Source of the DNA: a virus | Lineage: Duplodnaviria > Caudoviricetes | Strand: one strand, 5' to 3' | DNA length: 64,000 bases | IMG/VR virus record: IMGVR_UViG_3300037851_001309 | Span: 1-64,000 of that record | Position numbers and translations under genes: made by a program | The notes under the pieces: model-generated | Seen by the model: the letters and a program-made list of their open reading frames with translations, nothing else | What the model was told of the DNA's origin: nothing | Databases searched by the model: none | Part shown: positions 1 through 17,502 of the stretch, piece by piece | Layout: each line of letters begins with the position of its first letter | How positions within the stretch are numbered: position 1 is the first letter of the stretch

Positions 1-2967
<2,967 letters not shown>

Positions 2968-2979
2968 GCTTATCTCCGT

Positions 2980-5235
2980 TTATGTTCCGCTAATTACCAT
3001 TCTTGAAGCCTTGGCAGCGGAGCTATTTCTTAGTGTAGTCTTAACAAAGACCACTCCACTGGAATCCGTCGATGTATATGTTCCAAACGTGATGGCCAGT
3101 GTAGTACCACTGGATCCACCATCATTTCTGCAACCATTACCATCACCAAAACTTCTTCCACAATCCAACCATCCAGTCTCATTTGGTAATCTTATCTCGA
3201 GATTTAGATTTCCACTCCCATCAGCCGAAATATCCGTATAGTTAATCCCAGTAAAAACAATCCTCATACTGGAATGAGCTACACCGATATTTGTGGCCCA
3301 AACCACAACTTGTTCTCCAGAAAATCCAGAGTAGTTTGCACCAGGATTCTGTGCCGGCAGATACCCTGTCGTATAATTGATACTTGGATAATACCATGTC
3401 GAATTATAGAGCTGACCGTCCCCACTCGACAAAAGATCAGAACTTGTCCAATCCCCTGTAGGGTTACTATAGTTTGATGGGATTAAAGAAAAATCATTTG
3501 ACAACTTCCACCGATACCGCTCATCAAACATCGTGATATCCCCATTGGTACTGTATGTCGGAGAATAAGTGTTAACAAGACGGTTTTCAGAAAGAGTGAG
3601 CTTATTGGCTGTTGTTCCTGCAGGTTTTGTCCCGGTTATCGTAAGGCGAGCATCGATACTATAAACATTAGCAGTGTCTAAAGCATCGTTAATGGAAAAA
3701 TTATATGTCCCATCCCAAGCAAAACTCGCCCCTGAAATTGCAAGATTTACTAAAGCAAGACCAGGCATACTGTAGGAGACAGGGTTTGTCGGTCGTATAC
3801 ATTTTTTTGCAATATTGGTTATTGAACTGGTCATATCAAAAGTATCACCAGTATAGTAGTACCTGATCCCGGATAAATACCGAGTACTGCTTAAAACACT
3901 TTGAGTTATTGTAGAATCAGAGGGAAAACCTGGAGTCCCATTAACATCATCATACCAGAATTTTGTGTTATTAGTCAGTTGGTTAACGCTTGTAGTCTGG
4001 TATCTCATCGCATGTTTTTTATACCCTTCCGTTGTCTGGGTATAATTGATTTGAGCGTTAGCCTTCCTCCAGATAGAATTATAGGTAGCAATAGAGGTGA
4101 TTTGAATATTTCCAGAAGTACCAACGCCAGATAAAACACCTCGAGAAGAATCGTTAGTCCCATCCAGAACATGGTAGACGGTTCCCTCATCCCCACCAAA
4201 GATAGAGCCACATTTGAAGGTAGTTGTCGGGGACGCATTAGCAAGATTGTATGTGTTGTCAACCACATAATCGGCTATAATATTTCCAGCTACAGAACTA
4301 TCTTGATACCAAGCACTACTCAAACCGGTAGGAAGAATTGCATTGTATTTAGTAGTATTACTTAAGACCAATGAACCATTCAAAGCTCCTGGGGGAGCAG
4401 GAGAAATGGCCAACAGTAATTCATTAACATCATCTAAAGCCACAGCTGTCATTGTTGTATTAACCCAAGGAAAAATTCCATCAGCATAAGTCCCATCGGG
4501 AGGTGTTCCTAAAGGAAGCTCTGATGCCCAATAGATCCCAACACCACCTGTGATACCTTGAGCTCCTGTAGGTCCTTGTATCCCTGTTTGCCCTTGGATG
4601 CCCGTTGCTCCTTGGACCCCAGTTTCCCCATCTATGCCCATTATACCAGTAACACCCTGGATACCAGTGGCACCCTGTACTCCCGTAACGCCATCTATCC
4701 CGAGTATTCCTGTAACTCCCTGAACCCCAGTTGGACCCATCAGTCCCGTACCACCTTGAATACCAGTCAACCCTTGTGGTCCGGTTACTCCAAGTTTGTC
4801 AACAATACGAAGGAGATCATTATCGTGGGCGTTCTCGGACATTCCTCCCTCAAGATTAGCATAGACATCCCTGGAAGGTATTAGCCCAAGATGAAGATTT
4901 GGAGTGTCTTCTGCAATTATTGAGTAAGATGCATTTTGAGGGACATCTATCTCTGATCCATCTTCATCCCAGAGGATCGTTGCAGAAAGATTTGTAAAAT
5001 CCTGATAACTTATCGCTGTAATTTTATAGCGATGGGAAATACCTGGCACAGGTACAAAAGTAAAGGGATCTAATGCAGGGATATAAATTATAAACCCTAC
5101 CTGTACATCATTGGCTCCCTGTCCTGTGGCATCAGCCTGGTTATCATATACTGCATTAGTGAAAGTATACTCACCAGGATTTCCAGTAGGATCAAAAGAT
5201 GTTACAAACAGCGTCCCATTTATCATTCTCGCCAT
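2980..5235 (-). CDS. Putative virion structural/fibre protein with short collagen segment (751 aa)
   Basis: About 26 G-X-Y triplets after a ~150-aa N-domain, then a Thr/Ser/Asn-rich beta-type region. AAGGA RBS. Lies between two collagen-fibre genes. Confidence 0.8.
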   Translation of the reverse strand: MARMINGTLFVTSFDPTGNPGEYTFTNAVYDNQADATGQGANDVQVGFIIYIPALDPFTFVPVPGISHRYKITAISYQDFTNLSATILWDEDGSEIDVPQNASYSIIAEDTPNLHLGLIPSRDVYANLEGGMSENAHDNDLLRIVDKLGVTGPQGLTGIQGGTGLMGPTGVQGVTGILGIDGVTGVQGATGIQGVTGIMGIDGETGVQGATGIQGQTGIQGPTGAQGITGGVGIYWASELPLGTPPDGTYADGIFPWVNTTMTAVALDDVNELLLAISPAPPGALNGSLVLSNTTKYNAILPTGLSSAWYQDSSVAGNIIADYVVDNTYNLANASPTTTFKCGSIFGGDEGTVYHVLDGTNDSSRGVLSGVGTSGNIQITSIATYNSIWRKANAQINYTQTTEGYKKHAMRYQTTSVNQLTNNTKFWYDDVNGTPGFPSDSTITQSVLSSTRYLSGIRYYYTGDTFDMTSSITNIAKKCIRPTNPVSYSMPGLALVNLAISGASFAWDGTYNFSINDALDTANVYSIDARLTITGTKPAGTTANKLTLSENRLVNTYSPTYSTNGDITMFDERYRWKLSNDFSLIPSNYSNPTGDWTSSDLLSSGDGQLYNSTWYYPSINYTTGYLPAQNPGANYSGFSGEQVVVWATNIGVAHSSMRIVFTGINYTDISADGSGNLNLEIRLPNETGWLDCGRSFGDGNGCRNDGGSSGTTLAITFGTYTSTDSSGVVFVKTTLRNSSAAKASRMVISGT

Positions 5236-5253
5236 AATTTTTTATCCTTGCAC

Positions 5254-10473
<5,220 letters not shown>

Positions 10474-10495
10474 GTTTTTCTCCCAGTTTTTTGCC

Positions 10496-10568
10496 GTATT
10501 AGAAGACCAGTAAAGGCCTTCTTACGGATATGTCCCACTAGGATTCTGGCTCGATGAGATGTATTAGA
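10496..10568 (-). promoter_or_regulatory. Two copies of putative late-promoter core TCTAATAC
   Basis: Minus strand TCTTCTAATAC (10496-10506) and TCTAATAC (10561-10568) upstream of the 1739-aa gene. The same motif recurs in other structural-gene intergenic gaps. Confidence 0.55.
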
Positions 10569-10620
10569 GGATTCTAAATCATGCCATCGAAGAACCTCGT
10601 GAATTATTGTTTACAGCTCC

Positions 10621-10659
10621 AAATAAAAAAACCGACTTCATATACGATATGAAGTCGGT
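10621..10659 (-). terminator. Rho-independent terminator
   Basis: Perfect 13-bp inverted repeat accgacttcatat-acg-atatgaagtcggt (10631-10659), followed on the minus strand by a T-rich run, just downstream of the gene ending at 10693. Confidence 0.88.
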
Positions 10660-10692
10660 GGTATTAGTAGAAAATTATCAGAGAAAAATTGA

Positions 10693-11286
10693 TTAGGTAA
10701 GTATAAGATCTTGTTCTTCACCAATTTGCTGGCGATATAGCCATGTTACGGCCCCATCCGTATCTCTCACACGAACACGCATTTTTCTCCACAGTCCCGA
10801 ACGAGCGTACGGAGACCAGGAAATCCTGCCTTTCAAATCAGTACCGAAATGAATAATTGTTTTTGATTCCCGAAGATCTTCATGAAGGTACATTATATCA
10901 ACACGGTCTATCTTTGAAGCTGAGTTATAATAAGGGTCACTACCAACTTTTTCTTGTAAAGCTTCCATGTTAATTGTCGATGTAACCAGAACATCATCCC
11001 GTTGAGGCTGAAATTCAAATAGATTCAGCGCATTTTCTGTAGAATAAATGATATGGAAAACATCGCCCTCTTCAACAGCCTCCGGGCCTGTATCAAGGAG
11101 CTTTCCTTCCCATCGAAGCATTTTTCCGTCTACCCAATAATCCAAGTCATAATCTTGTGGGACATCAGTGGAAAGCGACACTTCTGCAGCCGTAGTAGGA
11201 GTTCGTGAAAGCATCACGAACTTATTATAAACGTCTGAAGCTGTCAGCGTAATGTGATCAACAATGATTTCTTCAAGTACGGCCAT
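10693..11286 (-). CDS. Hypothetical structural protein, two modules shared with 26465..27559 (197 aa)
   Basis: N-module ITLTASDVYNKFVMLSRTP..DYWVDGKMLRWEGKLL..GDVFHIIYS and C-module YYNSASKIDRVDIMY..SGLWRKMRVRVRDTDGA..IGEEQDLIL both align by eye with the 364-aa protein. Confidence 0.85.
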   Translation of the reverse strand: MAVLEEIIVDHITLTASDVYNKFVMLSRTPTTAAEVSLSTDVPQDYDLDYWVDGKMLRWEGKLLDTGPEAVEEGDVFHIIYSTENALNLFEFQPQRDDVLVTSTINMEALQEKVGSDPYYNSASKIDRVDIMYLHEDLRESKTIIHFGTDLKGRISWSPYARSGLWRKMRVRVRDTDGAVTWLYRQQIGEEQDLILT

Positions 11287-11296
11287 GTTTTATCAC

Positions 11297-11674
11297 TTAT
11301 GAATTGTTAAGAGTAGTCTGACCACCAGAATGCGTCAAATCTTCACTGGTTCCAATGTCTGACCGATACAAATAAGTTATAGCACCGTCTTTATCAAAGA
11401 TCTTAAGCTGATCCTTTGCCCAAGTACCATCTCGAGCATTTGTTGACCATGACACATAGGCTTGGTGAGCTGTTGAATCATGAATAATCTTCTTTTGTTG
11501 ACGTCCATCCTGGTGCAAATAATACACATAGACAGTACCTATTTTCGAAGTACTGTCAAAGTAAGTATCCGCAGCCTTATTTTGAATGGCAGTTACAAGA
11601 CTACCCAGATTTATCGTCGACCAGGCAACAGTGCCATCCGATACTGATGTGCTGTCGAAATAATTTAATGACAT
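11297..11674 (-). CDS. Hypothetical protein, single copy of the 'YFxSxSKI...DxDGA...IG..DL' module (125 aa)
   Basis: AAGGGA RBS. YFDSTSKIGTVYVYY..RDGTWAKDQLKIFDKDGAITYLYRSDIGTSEDLT aligns with the C-modules of 10693..11286 and 26465..27559. Confidence 0.85.
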   Translation of the reverse strand: MSLNYFDSTSVSDGTVAWSTINLGSLVTAIQNKAADTYFDSTSKIGTVYVYYLHQDGRQQKKIIHDSTAHQAYVSWSTNARDGTWAKDQLKIFDKDGAITYLYRSDIGTSEDLTHSGGQTTLNNS

Positions 11675-11713
11675 AATATGTCCCTTTGTCGAAAGGAATT
11701 TTATTAGCCCTTC

Positions 11714-11728
11714 GTATTAGAAGATTAT
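11714..11728 (-). promoter_or_regulatory. Putative late-promoter motif ATAATCTTCTAATAC
   Basis: Full match to the recurrent intergenic motif, 40 nt upstream of ATG 11674, at the start of the second structural block. Confidence 0.65.
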
Positions 11729-11791
11729 TGACCAAAATCTTAAAGGGGGTTAACTCACAACCCAGTTATTTGGAGCTACTTAACTTGGTTC

Positions 11792-13519
11792 TTAATAGTA
11801 GTCTCGACCATATACCTGAAGGAAGGCCTGTCTGTACAGGTCACTTGGGGAAGTTGGTATTGAAGTTCCTCGATACATTTTGCTACGAGAATAGCTGATA
11901 TTAAGATATCTTTTTGCTCTAGTTATAGCCACGAAAAATAGTCTTCGTTCTTCTTCAACATCCACGGAATTCGTGTGGGGCCATAATTCATGCTCAATCC
12001 CCACCACAAAAACTCTGTCAAATTCCAATCCCTTGCTCCCATGGGCTGTAATAAGATTCACACCATTCTCAGCATCTCTTTCAAGAAAAGTGCTGGCCAG
12101 GATGAGTTCTTCCACAGTATCATAATTCACAACAGCATCGCGAAGGGATGCTATCATATAGCGGTCTGAATCTTTTTCTATTGTATTCATATACCCAGAA
12201 CGATTTAAATACTCCTCCAAAGCAGGAGCTGGAGGCATCCCCTTAATATCCTTCAAAAGACTTAAGAGGTTTTTAATTTGAGGCATGTCTTCAGCAATCC
12301 CTTCTACATATTCTCGACCCTGTAAAAGTAATTGCTCTTTCTTTGCATCACCAAATCCCCGCTTTGGGTTATTGATGATTCTACAGAGACTTTCTCGATC
12401 CTTTTCATTATTGGAAGCTTTTAAAGCAGAAAGCAAGTCTTTACATATTTTTCTTTGAAAGAAGGGCAGGTTATTCACAACCTTATAGGGTATCCGATAC
12501 CGAGAAAATGTCTGTTCAAACAACAGTGATCGGGTATTTATTCTGTAGATCACCGCCGTTTCATTATAATTTCCCATTTTCATGATAGCCTGGGAGATCT
12601 GATCAGCTTCCTGTTCCTGACTGGCAAACTCAGACAGGCTCACCTTACCTATGATGCCCGATTTTGCAATCATGGGCTTACCAAATTGTTGGAATCCATT
12701 AGAAATTGAAATAACCTCAGGGCATGACCTATAGTTATATGTCAAGTATCTTGTATGAGCGTTATATTCTTTAACAAATTTCTCTATATTCTGAGGGTAG
12801 GCTCCTCGCCAGCTATAAATCGACTGGGCCCTATCGCCAATCACGAACATCGTTTTTGTTTTGTCCGTGTAAAGAAGCGTGAGTATTTCAAATTGAATTT
12901 TACTGGTATCCTGGACCTCATCTACCAAAATATGTTGCCATTTACTGGAAAAGTAAGTTTGACAGGCTTCAGTTTTTAGGCAGTTCCTTGACAAAATCAA
13001 AAGATCGTCAAAATCGCAGGCATTGTTGGTCCTGAGTATCTCATGGTATTGGTTAAACACGTCGAGATAAGTCTCATCACTCGGGATCCTATCCTCCGAT
13101 TTGCATTGACTAATCATTTCAAGAAACTCATATGGGTCGCCCGGGAGTTCTCGAGCTTTCACAATCGTTTTTATGATGGATAGTTGATCACTATCATCAT
13201 ATATGGTAAAGGGCATTTTCAGGTAAGTATTGTGGATAAATGCCTTGATAATCCTGACAGCCATGCTGTGGATGGTACTAACCTGCATTTTTGAGACATC
13301 GGTATACTTCTTAAGACGCTCCTTTATCTCATTGGCTGCTTTATTCGTAAATGTTATTGCAAGGATAGATTCAGGCCGTGCTCCTGCTGAATCCAAGATG
13401 TAATGTATCTTGGCTACGAGACTTTTAGTTTTACCTGCACCGGCAGATGCAGTACAAAAAACAGGTGAAGGGCAGGTGATTGCTGAGTATTGTTCATCAT
13501 TCAAACCATATTTATTCAT
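11792..13519 (-). CDS. UvrD/Rep/PcrA-family superfamily 1 helicase (575 aa)
   Basis: Motifs ASAGAGKT, LVDEVQD, IGDRAQSIYSWRGA, NYRS, TAHGSKGLEFD, EEERRLFFVAITRAK. Confidence 0.96.
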   Translation of the reverse strand: MNKYGLNDEQYSAITCPSPVFCTASAGAGKTKSLVAKIHYILDSAGARPESILAITFTNKAANEIKERLKKYTDVSKMQVSTIHSMAVRIIKAFIHNTYLKMPFTIYDDSDQLSIIKTIVKARELPGDPYEFLEMISQCKSEDRIPSDETYLDVFNQYHEILRTNNACDFDDLLILSRNCLKTEACQTYFSSKWQHILVDEVQDTSKIQFEILTLLYTDKTKTMFVIGDRAQSIYSWRGAYPQNIEKFVKEYNAHTRYLTYNYRSCPEVISISNGFQQFGKPMIAKSGIIGKVSLSEFASQEQEADQISQAIMKMGNYNETAVIYRINTRSLLFEQTFSRYRIPYKVVNNLPFFQRKICKDLLSALKASNNEKDRESLCRIINNPKRGFGDAKKEQLLLQGREYVEGIAEDMPQIKNLLSLLKDIKGMPPAPALEEYLNRSGYMNTIEKDSDRYMIASLRDAVVNYDTVEELILASTFLERDAENGVNLITAHGSKGLEFDRVFVVGIEHELWPHTNSVDVEEERRLFFVAITRAKRYLNISYSRSKMYRGTSIPTSPSDLYRQAFLQVYGRDYY

Positions 13520-13674
13520 CGATTTTTCTTACCTTTTCGAATCAAACTTCTCCGCAGTTTCACCAACTGCAGTATCTTTTTCGCATACTCTTCTTGTAAC
13601 AACGGGTCATTCCTCATTGCTTGCGTTTCAATCTGAAGCTTTTCTATGTTCTTCTTAATGTCAGCTATTTCCAT
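13516..13674 (-). CDS. Small coiled-coil-like hypothetical protein (52 aa; below ORF-track cutoff)
   Basis: MEIADIKKNIEKLQIETQAMRNDPLLQEEYAKKILQLVKLRRSLIRKGKKNR. It fills the gap exactly and its TGA overlaps the UvrD ATG (ATGA). Confidence 0.75.
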   Translation of the reverse strand: MEIADIKKNIEKLQIETQAMRNDPLLQEEYAKKILQLVKLRRSLIRKGKKNR

Positions 13675-14056
13675 GTTTGTTCCTGATAATTTTCAACACT
13701 ACTTCTTTTCCATCAATATCTTTTTTGTCAAGATCATGATAGCAGATAACACGATAGACTGAACTGGGAATTGTTTTTGGAGAATAAATTTTCCGAGTCC
13801 CGTAGGTCATCCGCAGAGCTTTTTCCAGAGTATCTGATCCAACAACAATAGGACATCCGGAAATTTTAGATGCCCGTATGAGGGCCCCGTCTAATATGGC
13901 ACTGTTTATGTTGTATGCATCAAAAGCTACTCCATCTATCATACATCTCAATAAATATTCGGAAACCCTGATAATACTATTAGACGTCCTGAACTGGTAC
14001 GCCTGTGGTTTCAGTCTCAGCGTTTCCTTTTTGATTATTTGTTGGTAACGGTCCAT
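13661..14056 (-). CDS. Hypothetical protein (131 aa)
   Basis: Co-oriented and overlaps both neighbours. No recognised motif. Confidence 0.7.
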   Translation of the reverse strand: MDRYQQIIKKETLRLKPQAYQFRTSNSIIRVSEYLLRCMIDGVAFDAYNINSAILDGALIRASKISGCPIVVGSDTLEKALRMTYGTRKIYSPKTIPSSVYRVICYHDLDKKDIDGKEVVLKIIRNKHGNS

Positions 14057-14229
14057 GCTTTTCTTTTAACCAAAAAAAGATATCCTTGGGAATATACCCA
14101 CCTGTAAAAATCAGCAGGCATTAATGTTATGTACTTATCAGAGACAGCATAAAAACCGTTTCTTTTTTCTAAAATCCTTCGTGCCCTTCTCATGATAAAG
14201 TCGCTCACGTCCTTCGATAACTCATTCAA
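14035..14229 (-). CDS. Hypothetical protein (64 aa)
   Basis: Co-oriented and overlaps neighbours. No recognised motif. Confidence 0.65.
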   Translation of the reverse strand: MNELSKDVSDFIMRRARRILEKRNGFYAVSDKYITLMPADFYRWVYSQGYLFLVKRKAWTVTNK

Positions 14230-14599
14230 AGTTATTTCTCATGCTCCTCTCATCTGTATTAATACCACTTAGCCTCAATCTTTCATTTGGATCTTCTTGA
14301 GCATTCATAATATCCTTGGATAAGGAGTGTGCTACCGGGGCCGGTATTTTTAAATGAAGCTCATACTCTCCAGCGGACGTTTCAGAATGATGCACAGAAA
14401 CAAATCTTAATGGGACAGAAACCTGATAGCCCCCAGGACCTCGAAAAAGCACGGACTTACCCCGAATTGGAGTCTGAACTCCAACAATATCATCTGAACA
14501 TTTTTGATGATTCTGCAGATACTTTACGATAGTATCAGTAGCATCTACGAATACTTTTTTCTTTTTTGTCTTATTATTAGCTAAATCATATCTACTCAT
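14222..14599 (-). CDS. Hypothetical protein (125 aa, start revised to MSRYDL)
   Basis: AGGA RBS before ATG 14599. The longer track start (14788) would run through a terminator and the previous gene. Confidence 0.7.
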   Translation of the reverse strand: MSRYDLANNKTKKKKVFVDATDTIVKYLQNHQKCSDDIVGVQTPIRGKSVLFRGPGGYQVSVPLRFVSVHHSETSAGEYELHLKIPAPVAHSLSKDIMNAQEDPNERLRLSGINTDERSMRNNFE

Positions 14600-14706
14600 A
14601 ATAATCAGTCCTATCACACTCATCCAGACAGGGCTTTTTAGATCTCCCTGTTTTTCGAGCAAGACAATAGAGGGGCTGAGGGGGTTCGGAGGCCCGTCGT
14701 GGCTAC

Positions 14707-14735
14707 AAAAAGGGGAGGGTATACTCCCCTTTTTT
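14707..14735. terminator. Rho-independent terminator, potentially bidirectional
   Basis: aaaaaggggag-ggtata-ctcccctttttt hairpin with A/T tails on both sides, directly after the stop at 14742. Confidence 0.85.
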
Positions 14736-14741
14736 ACAGTA

Positions 14742-15383
14742 TTAGGCTTTCTTTTGTTCTTCATCATCAGGATCTGGAGATAAAACAAAAGACGTGGAGC
14801 TACTATTCAAAGACCCTGACACAGCATTAGGATCAACGGTAGCCCCTGTAAAGGCCTTTAGAACGTTAGCTTGAGTTTCACTCAAATACATATCCCCAAG
14901 CATGTCTGCTGAAGCACTCCTTCCAGTACTCATTGCATACCGGTAAGAGATAGCCATTTTAACACCCTTAGTTCGATATGTATGAGAATCGGAACAGTTC
15001 GTAACCATGTTCTGGAACATGGCCATAACCGGTTCAGCATTGACCATAAGGGAACCATTCTCCTGAACAAACTTAATACCACTGTTAAGAATATTCCGAG
15101 CTTCCCCAAACTGGCCCTGATTGGCCTTCTCCTGGGCTTCTTTCTGAATTTTAGATGCCTCAATCAAAAGGAGCTGCTTCCGGACGTCTTCATTAGGCTC
15201 TTTAGGAGCCTTGTCCGGTTTCACATATTGGATCCGGATATTTTCAGCACTACTTTCTAATAATTTTGTTTCTACGTCTGTATACTCAACAGCAAGGGTA
15301 CAGACCCGTGCCCCCCCCCCCAGAAGAGGGGACAACCTGAGCATAGCCCCAATTTTGTTCCTCATCTCCTTGCTTCCTAACAA
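14742..15383 (-). CDS. Protein resembling the C-terminal part of vWA-domain proteins, vWA domain itself absent (213 aa)
   Basis: LAVEYTDV..EDVRKQLLLIEASKIQKEAQEKANQGQFGEARNILN resembles the post-vWA helical segment of vWA (Ca-activated chloride channel-like) proteins. No DxSxS MIDAS motif. TTG start with GGAG RBS. Contains a G11 run. Confidence 0.45.
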   Translation of the reverse strand: MLGSKEMRNKIGAMLRLSPLLGGGARVCTLAVEYTDVETKLLESSAENIRIQYVKPDKAPKEPNEDVRKQLLLIEASKIQKEAQEKANQGQFGEARNILNSGIKFVQENGSLMVNAEPVMAMFQNMVTNCSDSHTYRTKGVKMAISYRYAMSTGRSASADMLGDMYLSETQANVLKAFTGATVDPNAVSGSLNSSSTSFVLSPDPDDEEQKKA

Positions 15384-15522
15384 TTATTCTCCAGGTAGAC
15401 CTCGATGCAAAAAATGAAATTTTAATATCCATTTTTTTCACATATCTTTCTAAGTCATGAAACCTTCTCAGGTTTATCCTCTGTTTTTTGAGGCTCTTTT
15501 ATTAAAATCGTAGCGTCCCATA

Positions 15523-17124
15523 TCACTTATCGGAACATCCAGGAGGTCTCTTTTCGATTTCCGAAATCAAATTATCGATTTGATCCCTGATCCTTAAAAC
15601 ATTCTCCTCTTCATTAGGGTGAGCAAAACGGGCTCGAACGCCGTCTTTACGGATAGGGTCCCACCCTACCCAATCAAGAAGATATTTTAACTGCTCAGCC
15701 ATTGTTGTAAGTAGATTGGTTTTCTTATTAAGAACATTCACAATAGCTTCCGTAGATAATTCCTTGTCCTGAAAAAAAGAATCGTACATAGATTCTCTAA
15801 GAACCTGTTCAAGTTCCCGACCAGAAAGATCTTTACTTTCTTTTGCTATTCTTTCAAGATCTATTTTCTCAGGATCCCGCTGAAGCTTCTTAATATGAAT
15901 CCTGAAAATATCAATGCATTCCTGCAGTTGGGGCAGATTAACGAAAAATGTTTCATCAAATCGTTGGATCATCTCCGGTGGTAAATATCGAATGTTATTA
16001 CTGGTTGCAATAGTAAACACAGGCTTAATGCAATCCTGCATCCACGTCAAAAAGGTCCCAATAACACGAGCGGTCACCCCAGAGTCTGAAAAAGTTGAGG
16101 ACTGCGATCCCGCAAAGCCCTTCTCAATTTCATCTATAAAGAGCACACAAGGTGAAATATTTTCTACTATAGTCAAAAGCCTACGGATATTATGCTCGCT
16201 TTCCCCTACCCTACTGGAGAATACTCTACTGGGGTCAAAGGCAACTAAGGGCAATCCCCATTGATTGCCAAGGGCTTTTGCACATAAACTTTTACCGCAC
16301 CCGGGGAGGCCCACTAAAAGCAGACCTTTCATCATAGGCAACCCAAACTCTTTACCCTTTACTGTCCAACCCCCGTAGCTCTTCTTTATCCAGGCCTTCA
16401 AAGTATCCATCCCGCCAATATCATCGAAATTAATATTGGTTTCCATTAAACTGAGGAGATCTGTTTTGGCAATGGATGATTTTTTGAATTCCCGGATAAA
16501 ATCCAGATCAATTCGTTGATGCAACTGCCAGCTCTGCAGATAGGCCTGCTCAACCTCAAATAAGGTCAGCCCCTTCAGATTATTAACAACTTCATCAGAC
16601 GGCCGTACTTCATTTTTCAGCTCTAATTTTTCAACGACTGCGTCGGACTGTTCCTTAAGTTGATTTTCATTTGGTAAATCATAAAAAACAACTTCACTGA
16701 GCCTTTCCAGTTGTGAAGGAACACAGACCGTTTGCGATAAAAAGATCATGTTGACGGTAAAATCAGTATCCAATTGGTATCGACTGAGGATATCCTTTAT
16801 TTTTCGAACGATCTGGCGATCACCTATATAGCTATCACAATCCAGGAAAACATAGGTGTCAAAATGATTGTTCGTACCGTGGAAGGTCCTTGTCAATACC
16901 CCATTAAGGACATCAAGAGTTGATTCACTTTTACCATTGGGAGGAGAAAACTTCGTCTTAACAAGATCGGTCAGTTTAACCACCCGGGTCAACGTCGTAC
17001 TATAGACGTAATAATTCCCTTTGTTATACCGATCATTTAAGTATCGGAGGACTTCTACATCACTTTCGCAGACCACAAAGATACATGGCCTGTTGGCGGC
17101 TAAACAATTGTCAAGACTCAGCAT
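15523..17124 (-). CDS. Ycf46-like AAA+ ATPase (533 aa)
   Basis: Walker A GLPGCGKS, Walker B VLFIDEIEK, ATSNN..LPPEM..RFDETFFVNLP. The N-terminal degenerate domain and FDDIGGMDTLKAW junction are typical of the Ycf46 family. Confidence 0.9.
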   Translation of the reverse strand: MLSLDNCLAANRPCIFVVCESDVEVLRYLNDRYNKGNYYVYSTTLTRVVKLTDLVKTKFSPPNGKSESTLDVLNGVLTRTFHGTNNHFDTYVFLDCDSYIGDRQIVRKIKDILSRYQLDTDFTVNMIFLSQTVCVPSQLERLSEVVFYDLPNENQLKEQSDAVVEKLELKNEVRPSDEVVNNLKGLTLFEVEQAYLQSWQLHQRIDLDFIREFKKSSIAKTDLLSLMETNINFDDIGGMDTLKAWIKKSYGGWTVKGKEFGLPMMKGLLLVGLPGCGKSLCAKALGNQWGLPLVAFDPSRVFSSRVGESEHNIRRLLTIVENISPCVLFIDEIEKGFAGSQSSTFSDSGVTARVIGTFLTWMQDCIKPVFTIATSNNIRYLPPEMIQRFDETFFVNLPQLQECIDIFRIHIKKLQRDPEKIDLERIAKESKDLSGRELEQVLRESMYDSFFQDKELSTEAIVNVLNKKTNLLTTMAEQLKYLLDWVGWDPIRKDGVRARFAHPNEEENVLRIRDQIDNLISEIEKRPPGCSDK

Positions 17125-17186
17125 ACTGGTTCCTCATCTTTTTGCTTCTCCAGACTACCCTTTATGTTTTTGAGGTAGCCTTTAAT

Positions 17187-17498
17187 TTATTGAGTAATAT
17201 GGAGTTCTATCTCTCCATTGGCCATCTTGGTCTCTCTGATCTGCATGCCTTCCTTGATGGCCCTGTCTTTGTAAAAGTTGACCATATACTGCTGTTTGAT
17301 TTTATCAACTTCCGAAGTATTCGTATCATCATAGGAAACTTCTCCGGTTTTCGCGTTGAAACTGATGTGATGATATGAACGGTGGATTTCAACAACGTCC
17401 TGATTTACTTCCGTAAAAACATGCCCCATCTGATTGAGGGTGTCTTTCAAGATGAGCATGTCTCTGACTTCGAACTGCACTACAACTTTGCGTGACAT
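17187..17498 (-). CDS. DUF1257 (Ycf35)-like protein (103 aa)
   Basis: MSRKVVVQFEVRDMLILKDTLNQMG.. and ..IKQQYMVNFYKDRAIKEGMQIRETKMANGEIELHIT match the DUF1257 pattern. AGGAG RBS. Adjacent to the Ycf46-like AAA. Confidence 0.8.
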   Translation of the reverse strand: MSRKVVVQFEVRDMLILKDTLNQMGHVFTEVNQDVVEIHRSYHHISFNAKTGEVSYDDTNTSEVDKIKQQYMVNFYKDRAIKEGMQIRETKMANGEIELHITQ

Positions 17499-17502
17499 GA
17501 TT

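Noticed and set aside
11745-11790. Possible terminator after UvrD (gggtt/aaccc)
   Set aside because: Only a 5-bp stem with a weak U-tract, so not supportable.
14620-14706. GC-rich intergenic stretch as possible tRNA/ncRNA or G-quadruplex
   Set aside because: No cloverleaf or T-loop/CCA pattern. G-tracts are separated by a long loop and partly explained by the terminator. Too weak to call.
14600-14788. N-terminal extension of the 188-aa track ORF
   Set aside because: Overlaps the previous gene and runs through a clear terminator. The downstream ATG 14599 has an RBS.
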